From positions 288,001 to 352,000 of the forward strand of contig CAWEQH010000001.1 of the NCBI GenBank assembly GCA_963811165.1: DNA of 64,000 bases, in the 5' to 3' direction. The position numbers and the translations under genes are program-made. The notes under the pieces were generated by a model. That model ran no database searches. It was not told where the DNA came from and worked only from the letters and a program-made list of their open reading frames with translations. Below, in pieces: positions 42,979 to 51,594 of this stretch. How positions within the stretch are numbered: the first letter of the stretch is position 1; every line of letters starts with the position of its first letter. Origin of the DNA: an uncultured Nitrospiraceae bacterium. GTDB lineage: Bacteria > Nitrospirota > Thermodesulfovibrionia > Thermodesulfovibrionales > UBA6898.

Positions 42979-43290
42979 TCAGTCTTTTGTGGTCCCCTTT
43001 TGTGCAACTATTGTCCCAGCCTCAATTCGGATTGCGGGCTCCAGGACTGAACTCAGGTGCTCCTTCACCCAAGCTCTCGCTCGGTCGTTTGCGTGGATGG
43101 CTTCAGAGAGAGTTTTGAAAACAGTAATGGACATCATTGCGCCTTTACCCAGGTCAATCCAATAATATTCGACAAATCCAGGCAGAGCGGATATTAGCGG
43201 TACGAACTTTTCATCTACTTGCTTTGCGGCGGCCGCAGGGTCCCGCACTCCTTCATATCGCCTCACTGTCGCATACATCTTCTGTTTCAT
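42979..43290 (-). CDS. Dimeric alpha+beta barrel (ABM-like) small protein
   Basis: GGAGGA RBS; P.IS.LPGF..YY....G....SITVF...W pattern. Confidence 0.7.
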   Translation of the reverse strand: MKQKMYATVRRYEGVRDPAAAAKQVDEKFVPLISALPGFVEYYWIDLGKGAMMSITVFKTLSEAIHANDRARAWVKEHLSSVLEPAIRIEAGTIVAQKGTTKD

Positions 43291-43342
43291 CTCGTCCTCC
43301 TTGCACATAGTAATAATAAATGCGCCTATGTTCTCTAAAAAC

Positions 43343-44650
43343 TCAGGCAATGATGTTCGTAATGTCCGGAGCCCGCTTCTTCCCCTGCTTGACAATAGCG
43401 GCCAAGAATGCCGAATTTACGGACTCAACTGCCATAGCTGCCTTGAAAGGCGGAAGTTTTTCCAATGCTCCTACTATCTTCCCCAACGCGCGATGCCCGA
43501 CTCTCCCGGGATCATCGAAGATGAGGTCAGCCAGCTTGCCCCGTTCTATTGCCATGGCGACACGCTGCTCAAAGACGGTTTCCGGAACGAGCACTCTCTG
43601 CGGACGTGGTTTCATCGTTGTCGCGCCGGTCTTGCAGACCGTGCTGCAGACACCGCATCCGAGGCAGAAATTCTCAGAGCGCACTGCCCACTTTTTCTTC
43701 GTCCGCCCTTCCGTCTTTTCCTCGATCCTTATGGCGCCTACTGGGCATGCCTTTACACACAGGCCGCAGCCTTTACACTTTGACAGGTCCACATCGGAGA
43801 TCCAGTTTGAGGTCACGATTCCAGGGCGGATATCGAAGGTCTTCAAGCCTCTCATCACGTGACAGCAGCAGCCGCAGCAGTTGCAGATGAACGTCACCTT
43901 GCGCTGGACGTTGTCTGCAGTTTGCGCAAGCGCTGCCTCCCTGCATGTTGCGAGGATGTTCATCGCCTCATCTTTTGTTATGGCCCGCGCGATGCCGTTT
44001 CGGCTAAGGTACTCTGCGCCGTAGTTGAATGTGAGGCAGGTCTCAAGGGGGCTTTCACATACTTGTTCGAGTTGTTGGGCCGTATGACGGCACTGGCAGA
44101 GGCCCACGGATATTGCCGAGGCTGAAGAGACGATATGGCTTGCCCGTTCCCAGTCCAGGACTTCGGTAAGATCATTTCCAGGGAGCGCCTCCTCCCGGAC
44201 AAGGGTGCGAAATAATGATGTCTTTCCCTGAAAGATTGTTCTTGAGAACCGGTCATTTTCATGGAAATACTGCTCAAAGAGGAGCGCGAGTTCCTTCATC
44301 GGCATGTCAGGGCGGGCGCGCATGAACGTAAATTCGAAAAAGCCAATAACAACGGGCGCAAGTGTGAAATAGCGTCGTCCATTGTGCTCGATGTCCATCA
44401 CCAGCCCCCTGCGCGCCATATCGGTCAGTCTGCCGTTGAGTTCATCCATCGGCATCTTGAGATCGCGCGATAGCCTTTCAAGCGGGGTGAGGTTATGCGG
44501 CAGCAGGCTGGCGAGGTGGGCATCCTCCGGAGAGGACAGCAGCTCAAGGATCTTCATCAGGGTCGGTGAATCGGGCGCCCCCTGGACCTTCTGTGCCAAA
44601 CGTTTCTGCAGGCGACGATGCTCATGTCCGTCACTTGCGATGTGTCCCAT
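43343..44650 (-). CDS. 4Fe-4S dicluster domain protein with N-terminal HTH-like region
   Basis: CQCRH...C..P.ETC, ICNCCGCCC, CKGCGLCVKACP, CLGCGVCSTVC. Confidence 0.88.
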   Translation of the reverse strand: MGHIASDGHEHRRLQKRLAQKVQGAPDSPTLMKILELLSSPEDAHLASLLPHNLTPLERLSRDLKMPMDELNGRLTDMARRGLVMDIEHNGRRYFTLAPVVIGFFEFTFMRARPDMPMKELALLFEQYFHENDRFSRTIFQGKTSLFRTLVREEALPGNDLTEVLDWERASHIVSSASAISVGLCQCRHTAQQLEQVCESPLETCLTFNYGAEYLSRNGIARAITKDEAMNILATCREAALAQTADNVQRKVTFICNCCGCCCHVMRGLKTFDIRPGIVTSNWISDVDLSKCKGCGLCVKACPVGAIRIEEKTEGRTKKKWAVRSENFCLGCGVCSTVCKTGATTMKPRPQRVLVPETVFEQRVAMAIERGKLADLIFDDPGRVGHRALGKIVGALEKLPPFKAAMAVESVNSAFLAAIVKQGKKRAPDITNIIA

Positions 44651-44941
44651 TGTTCACCCCTATTCTTACGGCAGATACTGCATTTTTACCGTCCTCCGTC
44701 TCGATGCGCGGCCAATTGAAGGGCGTTGTACCCGGCATTGAACCCGAATGCCGACTGGAGACCTAAACTTCATGATGGACCCCTAGTCACAGGCTATCAA
44801 AAGGGCCCTGGATTGTCAATCATCTTTGGGACGTTGAGCATAGCCTGGGAAGGGCCCTTTCTTCTCGTGGAGCCGCTCTTCAGCAATGTCCAACAATTCC
44901 TGTAGTGACACCTCTTCTATCTCCCAGGTTTCGGGCTCAAG

Positions 44942-45050
44942 AGTATTCCGGCGTGAAAAAGACTCCCCGTTGCCGCCCAGCAGAGCCCAAACCGGAACAG
45001 ACGGCCGGGATAAACCGGAATCAATGGCCTGAATACTTCGGAAAATCCCG
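44942..45050. mobile_element. Possible degenerate IS21-family end remnant
   Basis: Tandem CCGGAA-n4-(T/C)GGCC units (ccggaacagacggccgggataaaccggaatcaatggcctgaatacttcggaaaatcc) resembling IS21 subterminal repeats; no transposase nearby. Confidence 0.35.
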
Positions 45051-45115
45051 GGTAGTGTCCTATTTTAATCAGGACGCTACCAAATCCCCCGAGGCGATAA
45101 GAAACATTTATCCGT

Positions 45116-45170
45116 GTAACAGAAAATTAACATTCCTTTAATAATCCATTAACAGACGGTTTGTTATGCT
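45116..45170 (+). promoter_or_regulatory. Pho-box-like promoter of Cys-protein-arsC (4 repeats)
   Basis: GTAAC 45116, TTAAC 45127, TTAAT 45138, TTAAC 45149, 11 bp, TG-n-TATGCT. Confidence 0.8.
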
Positions 45171-45190
45171 AACGAGGAGGGAGGCAACCT

Positions 45191-45379
45191 ATGAATATAA
45201 GATACATTATCTGTCCCCATCTTAAAGGCAGTTATGACGGAGCGGTCTGTAGCGGCGTCAACAAGCTGATCAAGAACATAGAAGGCGTCACCATTAAATT
45301 GTGCATGGGCAGGCATTACGAGGTGTGCTCGATATATCGGGAGTCTCTGCTGCCCCAGGAGCCTGTCAGTGCGGTGTAA
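45191..45379 (+). CDS. Small Cys-rich protein (CPH-x9-C-x17-C-x7-CSIY, member C)
   Basis: Strong GGAGG RBS; conserved Cys spacing. Confidence 0.72.
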   Translation: MNIRYIICPHLKGSYDGAVCSGVNKLIKNIEGVTIKLCMGRHYEVCSIYRESLLPQEPVSAV

Positions 45380-45410
45380 GAATATAACGCCGCCAGCGGC
45401 ATGAGGGAAT

Positions 45411-45839
45411 ATGGAAAAAAAGAAGGTCCTTTTTGTATGCATCCATAACAGTGCCCGCAGCCAGATGGCGGAGGCATTCCTCAATCTTCTGGCAGGGGAC
45501 CGGTTTGAGGCTGAAAGCGCAGGCCTTGCTCCAGGCAGACTAAATCCTTTGGCGGTGGAAGTGATGAAGGAAATAGGGATCGATATCTCTCAGAAAGGAA
45601 CACAGGGCATCTTTGATTTTATCAAGAAGGGGAAACTGTTCCATTATGTGATCACCGTCTGTGACGAGGCGAACGCCGCCCGATGTCCTGTCTTCCCCGG
45701 ATATGCCAGGAGGGTGCACTGGAGTTTCAAGGACCCTTCGAGTCTTGATGGGCCGTACGAGGAGAGATTACGTAAGACAAGGGAAATCCGCGACGAGATA
45801 CGGGCCCGCATAGAAGGGTGGATAAAGGAAGTCAGTTAG
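45411..45839 (+). CDS. arsC: Arsenate reductase, LMW-PTP/thioredoxin-coupled family
   Basis: [21 protein letters not shown]....CPVFPG, HWSF.DP. Confidence 0.88.
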   Translation: MEKKKVLFVCIHNSARSQMAEAFLNLLAGDRFEAESAGLAPGRLNPLAVEVMKEIGIDISQKGTQGIFDFIKKGKLFHYVITVCDEANAARCPVFPGYARRVHWSFKDPSSLDGPYEERLRKTREIRDEIRARIEGWIKEVS

Positions 45840-45918
45840 GTCTCTTTGCCCTTTTGCTGATTGCCGATGTGCCAATCTTATCGCTTCGCATAATTCAGCT
45901 CAGACCAGCCGGAAAAAT

Positions 45919-45973
45919 TTCATATTTCTTTAACCCAAATGACATCATGCCGTAAAAACCAAAATGATATCCT
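45919..45973 (+). promoter_or_regulatory. Pho-box-like promoter (4 repeats)
   Basis: TTCAT 45919, TTAAC 45930, GACAT 45941, GTAAA 45952, 11 bp, TG-n-TATCCT. Confidence 0.75.
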
Positions 45974-46009
45974 TTAACCGGATCGTATTTGCGGAAGAAG
46001 GGAACTCAT

Positions 46010-46279
46010 ATGGTCACCTATATCATCAAACATCATGTCCCGGGCCGGATAAGACTGGATGTCCCCGCATTGAGAAAAATTGCCGAGCATAGGCTGAAAA
46101 AGATATCGAAGGCCATGACAAGGCTTCCTGTCTTTATGGGGATAAGAGACCTCACGGTGAATCCCGGCAACGGCAGCGTAGCTATTGAATATGACTCCGA
46201 AGTTGTCGACATTATTGATTACCTGGAGGACATGTCAGTTATCGTGGAAACGCTCGATTGTCTGGAAAGACACCGGTGA
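46010..46279 (+). CDS. HMA2-type domain protein (HxxxGRxR motif, no CxxC)
   Basis: KHHVPGRIRL and VNPGNGSV.IEYD. Confidence 0.78.
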   Translation: MVTYIIKHHVPGRIRLDVPALRKIAEHRLKKISKAMTRLPVFMGIRDLTVNPGNGSVAIEYDSEVVDIIDYLEDMSVIVETLDCLERHR

Positions 46280-46290
46280 AGGAGAAAAAT

Positions 46291-46644
46291 ATGGCTTGTA
46301 TCGATTATCTGCAGACGGAGGCAAGGTGTTCGAGAGGGATCCCGGTTGCGCATCTTTTCAGGCATTTCTTCTGTGAGTCGAAGCCTGAAAAATGCCCGAT
46401 TGCTTTGTGGAAAGTATCTTCTCGGGAGAAGGATAACAACCACAATCATCTTAAGGAGGAAGCCATGCAATGCCCGCATCTTTTGAAATGGGTGCTATCA
46501 TCTTGCAAAGCCGCGGAGAGACCCTATGTCCCGAGCCTTTTTGAGCTGGAGGAATATTGCAGAACCGGAGAACACAGAAAGTGCCCTTTTTACCTGAGAG
46601 ATATCGTCAGGACCAACACGGCGAGGGTCAAAGTGTCCGCATAA
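46291..46644 (+). CDS. Tandem Cys4-module protein; in-frame internal start at 46465 gives member D (CPH-x8-C-x17-C-x7-CPFY)
   Basis: GGAG RBS before ATG 46291 and AAGGAGG RBS before ATG 46465. Confidence 0.7.
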   Translation: MACIDYLQTEARCSRGIPVAHLFRHFFCESKPEKCPIALWKVSSREKDNNHNHLKEEAMQCPHLLKWVLSSCKAAERPYVPSLFELEEYCRTGEHRKCPFYLRDIVRTNTARVKVSA

Positions 46645-46936
46645 CATCTCATGACGCAGTATGTCTGACAATCCCTCTCTGGGGAACCCGCAGCATCGCA
46701 AGGGGCCCGCGTGGACCCTTAAGCGGACCGCGTCTTGAGAGAGTCTCCCCGCCTGAAGGCCGTAAACCCCTTCACGTATCGTTGACCATTGCCGTTAAAT
46801 ATTATCCCAGGCATGAATAAAGTGCCGCGGTTTTGCGGCAGAATTTAATAGGTAGGTAATGAAAGAAGTGTTAGACAATGTGCCGTTTCAGGCGATAGAC
46901 TGATTATATATTAAGAGATTTAAGGAGAGTATTCGT

Positions 46937-47230
46937 ATGGCATTGCTTGATGATGTATTTAAAGGCGGCAACGTGGTAACAGGCTTGGCTATCGGCATCG
47001 GAGCGGCGGTGCTCGGACCGGTTGTATTGCCTATACTGGCCGGGGCTGCGAAACCGTTGGCGAAGGCCGTGATAAAGGGGGGCCTTGCGCTATGTGCAAA
47101 AGGGAAGGAGTCAGCTGCTGAGTTCGGCGAGGTCTTTGAAGACATTGTTGCAGAAGCGAAAGCGGAACTCGCGGAAGAGCACGAAAAGGCAATTCCCGTT
47201 CCGCCTGCCGAAGCTGAAGAAAGTGTCTAA
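46937..47230 (+). CDS. DUF5132-like (FezA-like) small membrane protein
   Basis: GLAIGIGAAVLGP GxxxG helix, KPLAKAVIKGG, acidic E.FEDIVAEAKAE C-terminus; AAGGAG RBS. Confidence 0.8.
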   Translation: MALLDDVFKGGNVVTGLAIGIGAAVLGPVVLPILAGAAKPLAKAVIKGGLALCAKGKESAAEFGEVFEDIVAEAKAELAEEHEKAIPVPPAEAEESV

Positions 47231-47708
47231 TACCCCGGAAGCATATATAGGCCATAAGATGAATGGCAGATTGAGACTAAGGATCCCTTCGAAAAAAAAA
47301 GACGGCCTATATATGAAAAAAATTACCGAGGAATTCTCATCACTCCCGGGCATTGCGCAGGTAATCGTGAACACCGAGACATCGAGCGTTCTCTTCCTGC
47401 ATGATCTTTCGGAAGACGCAATCATGGGACATCTCAGTGCAAGCGGTCTCTTCCGGCTTTCCGGGGCTCCCACAGGCCGGGGAGACGTGCATCACGGAAT
47501 CAAAGGATGTTTTCGGGAGATGTCCGGCAAAGTCGAGAAGGCGACAGGAGGAACGATTGGCATCAGTGAAGTTGCCTTCCTCGCATTGTTTGGCGCCGGG
47601 GTTATGCAGATAGGTCGGGGGAATTTTACTGCGATCCCCTGGTACACGGCATTTTGGTATGCGCTTAATATTTTTCTGAAATCGGACGCACAGAAGGCCG
47701 GAGAATAG
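47223..47708 (+). CDS. HMA2-domain membrane protein (FezC-like)
   Basis: GTG overlapping the upstream stop; HKMNGRLRL, VNTETSSVL..HD, C-terminal hydrophobic segment with PWYTAFWYA. Confidence 0.78.
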   Translation: MSNTPEAYIGHKMNGRLRLRIPSKKKDGLYMKKITEEFSSLPGIAQVIVNTETSSVLFLHDLSEDAIMGHLSASGLFRLSGAPTGRGDVHHGIKGCFREMSGKVEKATGGTIGISEVAFLALFGAGVMQIGRGNFTAIPWYTAFWYALNIFLKSDAQKAGE

Positions 47709-47838
47709 CTGTACCCATTCAAAACGACGGTGAAGGTGCAGTGAGCCCGAAGAGTTCTATCGTTCTCATCAGCTTTTGAAAAAGGTGAACGGCTCAATAA
47801 ATTAAAGTAACTTTTCTCAACAGAGAAGGAGGTCAGTT

Positions 47839-48522
47839 ATGTCTCGGGAAGAAGTCATGCGCGGTGCCGGTTATGCAGAAGACGTAAGCAAGGCCGGGGC
47901 GACTGTAAAAGAGGGCGTAATCAGCAGCCTTAAAGGTCTCAATGAGATTGAGGCGGAAATCGTGAGTCTCGTGAGGAACACGGTCTCAAACACTTTGCGT
48001 GCAACGGGAGAAGTGGCGATCGAAAGTGTCTCCATTTCAAAGGATGTCATCAAGGGGGCTATCCAGGCCACCGAGGAGGTCGGAACAGGACTTATCCTGA
48101 GCACGAAAAGTGTTGCCAAAGGGGTAATCATGGGGGTGAGCGATGTAGGCGGCGATGTGGTTACGGTAGCAAGCCAGACAGTTAAAGGCGCGGTTAAGGG
48201 GGCCGCTGAAGTCGGCGCGGATGTCGCCCTTGTTGCAAGACGATCTGTCGATGGAGTGATCGAGGCGACAAAGGAGATAGGAGGGAATGTGGAAGAAGTC
48301 GCGAAAGTGGCGGTCGGAGGGGCGATTGAGGCTGCAGGGACAATCGGTAATACGGCGGTGAAGGCTGTGAGGGACATGCTCGTCGGCGTAGTCGAGGGCG
48401 TAAAGGAGATTGCGGGCGCGGCCTTGCCTAAACCGAGGACCTCTTCCCCAACAGCAACAAAAGCTCCTGCGTCAAAACCGGTTGCTGCGAAAAAAGAGGC
48501 TGCGACCAGGAAAAAGAAGTAA
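47839..48522 (+). CDS. Hypothetical 11/22-residue-repeat amphipathic helical protein with Pro/Ala/Lys tail
   Basis: AAGGAGG RBS; about 16 consecutive 11-mers (e.g. AIQATEEVGTG, AVKGAAEVGAD, VIEATKEIGGN). Confidence 0.85.
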   Translation: MSREEVMRGAGYAEDVSKAGATVKEGVISSLKGLNEIEAEIVSLVRNTVSNTLRATGEVAIESVSISKDVIKGAIQATEEVGTGLILSTKSVAKGVIMGVSDVGGDVVTVASQTVKGAVKGAAEVGADVALVARRSVDGVIEATKEIGGNVEEVAKVAVGGAIEAAGTIGNTAVKAVRDMLVGVVEGVKEIAGAALPKPRTSSPTATKAPASKPVAAKKEAATRKKK

Positions 48523-48534
48523 GAATAATACCCC

Positions 48535-51500
48535 GTGGTTCGGCCTGTACACGTTGCGGTAAAAGGAAGGGCCCGCTTTAAAGTAGCGGGCCTTTACCGG
48601 TCGGCCCTGCTCAAGGAGCGGATTGAACTCACCCTTAATTCACTCGACGGAATAAGAGAGGCATCGGCCGACACACGTACAGGCAATGTTTTAGTATATT
48701 TCAATTCCGAAAATACTCCCGGGTCAATCGCATCGGCAATCGCCGCTTCAATTTATGACTACAAATCTCAGCATCGTAACAACAATTCGCCGGAAAACAA
48801 AAAAGACGCAGTCGGCATCATACCAGCGCCGCGGGAAGAAGCTTCCAAAGAGCAGGTCAGGCCTGCTATCACGAGGAGGAAGTTAAGAAAGAGCATCATC
48901 AAGGCAGAGGAGCAAAAGCCTGATCCCTGGCACCAGATGGATGTCTGTGAAGTGGCCGGGCGGTTTGGCACCTCCCAGCACTACGGGCTTCCCAGTGACA
49001 TCGCAAAAACGAATCTGAAGCGGTATGGTCTCAATGTCCTTCCGGAGGCGGTGCCCCGCTCCGGGTTAAGCATCTTTCTGGGCCAGTTTAATTCACTTCC
49101 TGTGGCTCTGCTCGGCGTTGCTGCCGGGATTTCAATAGCCACGGGAGGCGTCGCCGACGCGATCGTAATTGCGGGGGTGGTGGTTATCAATGCGGTAATA
49201 GGGTATGGGACTGAAACCCAGACCGAAAAGACGATCCATGCATTGAAAAGCCTTGTCAGACCTTCTGCAACGGTCAAGCGGGACGATCAAATCATAGAGC
49301 TGGGAGCAGAGGAAGTCGTCCCCGGAGATCTGCTGATCCTCAGGCCAGGCAGTTATGTGCCGGCAGATGCAAGACTGCTTGAGACATATCACCTCAGTGT
49401 TGACGAGTCTGCCCTTACGGGAGAGAGTCTCCCTGTAATGAAGACAAGTCTGCCTTGCGCTGTCGAAGAAATCCCCCTTGCAGACAGGATCAACATGGTC
49501 TATATGGGGACTCTAGTGACCGGGGGGCAAGGGACCGCCGTGGTCGTGGCAACGGGCAGGTTTACCGAGATAGGAAAGATCCAGGCGCTCGTGGGAGAGG
49601 CGGAATCTCCAGACACCCCAATGGAGCGGCAGCTTCATAAGATGGGCACACAGCTAGTCTTTATAAGCGGAGCTGTCTGCGGACTTGTCTTTATTGTCGG
49701 ACTTCTGCGCGGATACGGTTTTTTGGAGATGCTCAAGAGTTCCATATCTCTTGCCGTTGCCGCAGTGCCGGAGGGACTCCCTACCGTTGCAACTACAACC
49801 CTGGCCCTGGGGATCAGGGACATGAGGCGGCACAACGTGCTCATCAGGCATCTAAACGCGGTCGAAACGCTGGGGGCCGTGCAGACGATCTGTCTTGACA
49901 AGACGGGGACAATCACGATGAACAGGATGTCGGTAGTCGCTGTCCATACCGGCATGAAACGATATGAGGTCTCAAATGGGACAATCGCGGCTTCACGGCA
50001 GAAGGTGAGCCCCTATTCAGTCGACGAACTTCTGAGACTCTTGCACGTGAGCGTGCTCTGCAGCGAAAGCGAGGTCGAAAGGGAAAAAGGTACTTATGCG
50101 GTCAGCGGCTCTCCTACCGAAAACGCCCTGATCTATATGGCGTTGAACGCCGGCATTAATGCCGTTTCTCTCAGGGAGAGGTTCCCCGTGTTGAATATCA
50201 CTCATCGTTCGGAAAGTCACAATTATATGTCTACTGTCCACAAATCTGAAAATGGATCGGTCATCATTGCGGTAAAGGGGAGCCCCGGAGAGGTCCTTTC
50301 AATCTGCAGCTGGCACATGAAAGACGGAGAGAAGCTTCCTTTGACGGAGGAGGAAATGCTTTTCATAGAGACGGAAAATGAACGCATGGCCGGTCAGGCG
50401 CTCAGGGTCCTCGGCGTTGCCTATTCAGCAAAGGACGATGAGGCGGCCCTTTCCGAAGATAGAAGCGATCTTCATGAAGACCTGATATGGCTCGGGCTCG
50501 TCGGTATGGCAGACCCCATCAGGGAAAATGTGAAAGAACTGGTACACGGGTTCCACGAAGCCGGAATCGATACGGTCATGATAACGGGCGACCAGAGCCC
50601 TACCGCGTATGCGATAGGAAAGGAATTAAATCTGAGCGACAACGGAGACCTCGAAATCCTTGACTCTACGCACCTTGCGAAAATCGAGCCCGAGGTCATG
50701 AAGGCCCTCTGTGAAAGGGTACACGTCTTTGCCCGCGTCAGTCCTGCACATAAGCTCCAGATTGTCCAGGCGCTCCAGTCCGCCGGGAAAGTGGTTGCAA
50801 TGACCGGAGACGGGATCAACGACGGCCCGGCGCTCAAGGCAGCGGATATCGGGATCGCCATGGGCCATACGGGCACCGATGTCGCCCGCGAGGTGGCCGA
50901 CGTGATCATCGAAGACGACAATCTCGAAACAATGCTTATCGCGGTAAGCGAAGGAAGGACGATCTATAACAATATCAGAAAGTCCGTCCACTTTCTCCTT
51001 TCGACCAACCTCAGCGAGATCATGGTGATGTTCACCGCAATATCGGGAGGACTCGGACAGCCGCTCAATGCGATGCAGCTGCTGTGGATCAATCTTATTA
51101 GCGATATATTCCCGGGGCTTGCCCTTGCCCTTGAACTTCCGGAGCCGGATGTGTTGAGCCGCTCCCCCCGCGACCCACACGAGCCGATTGTAAGAAATTC
51201 CGATTTCAAGCGGATAGCTTTCGAGTCGGCAATGCTTTCCGCTGGTTCCCTGGGGGCTTACGGGTATGGCATCGCCCGCTATGGGATAGGACCGCGGGCA
51301 GGTTCGCTTGCATTCCTCAGCCTTACGGCAGGACAGCTTCTTCACGCCCTGAGCTGCCGTTCCGAGCAGCATAGCATGTTCAGCGCCGAGAGACTGCCCC
51401 GAAACAAGTATCTTGAAATGGCACTGGGCGGTTCCTTTGCGCTTCAGATACTGGCAGTGACTGTCCCCGGTCTTAGGAGACTTTTGGGAATAGGTCCTCT

Positions 51501-51594
51501 CAGTATCCTCGACGGTCTCGTGATCGGCGGAAGCGCCGCTTTTCCGCTTCTTGTAAACGAGGCGACGAAATCCTCCTTGAGGTTGGCAAGATGA
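48535..51594 (+). CDS. P2A-like (Ca2+-type) P-type ATPase with N-terminal HMA2 domain
   Basis: TGES, VAAVPEGL, DKTGT, KGSP, TGDGIND, STNLSE, QLLWINLISD; N-terminal HVAVKGRARF. Confidence 0.93.
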   Translation: MVRPVHVAVKGRARFKVAGLYRSALLKERIELTLNSLDGIREASADTRTGNVLVYFNSENTPGSIASAIAASIYDYKSQHRNNNSPENKKDAVGIIPAPREEASKEQVRPAITRRKLRKSIIKAEEQKPDPWHQMDVCEVAGRFGTSQHYGLPSDIAKTNLKRYGLNVLPEAVPRSGLSIFLGQFNSLPVALLGVAAGISIATGGVADAIVIAGVVVINAVIGYGTETQTEKTIHALKSLVRPSATVKRDDQIIELGAEEVVPGDLLILRPGSYVPADARLLETYHLSVDESALTGESLPVMKTSLPCAVEEIPLADRINMVYMGTLVTGGQGTAVVVATGRFTEIGKIQALVGEAESPDTPMERQLHKMGTQLVFISGAVCGLVFIVGLLRGYGFLEMLKSSISLAVAAVPEGLPTVATTTLALGIRDMRRHNVLIRHLNAVETLGAVQTICLDKTGTITMNRMSVVAVHTGMKRYEVSNGTIAASRQKVSPYSVDELLRLLHVSVLCSESEVEREKGTYAVSGSPTENALIYMALNAGINAVSLRERFPVLNITHRSESHNYMSTVHKSENGSVIIAVKGSPGEVLSICSWHMKDGEKLPLTEEEMLFIETENERMAGQALRVLGVAYSAKDDEAALSEDRSDLHEDLIWLGLVGMADPIRENVKELVHGFHEAGIDTVMITGDQSPTAYAIGKELNLSDNGDLEILDSTHLAKIEPEVMKALCERVHVFARVSPAHKLQIVQALQSAGKVVAMTGDGINDGPALKAADIGIAMGHTGTDVAREVADVIIEDDNLETMLIAVSEGRTIYNNIRKSVHFLLSTNLSEIMVMFTAISGGLGQPLNAMQLLWINLISDIFPGLALALELPEPDVLSRSPRDPHEPIVRNSDFKRIAFESAMLSAGSLGAYGYGIARYGIGPRAGSLAFLSLTAGQLLHALSCRSEQHSMFSAERLPRNKYLEMALGGSFALQILAVTVPGLRRLLGIGPLSILDGLVIGGSAAFPLLVNEATKSSLRLAR

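Noticed and set aside
46700..46936. Pho box or structured RNA upstream of the fez-like operon
   Set aside because: No 3-4 unit 11-bp array; GC-rich segments do not form a recognisable riboswitch or tRNA; only weak sigma70-like hexamers
48535..51594. Calling the ATPase FezB or a P1B heavy-metal pump
   Set aside because: PEGL and M5/M6 ligands plus a long C-terminal membrane region are P2-type; no CPC/SPC-type motif
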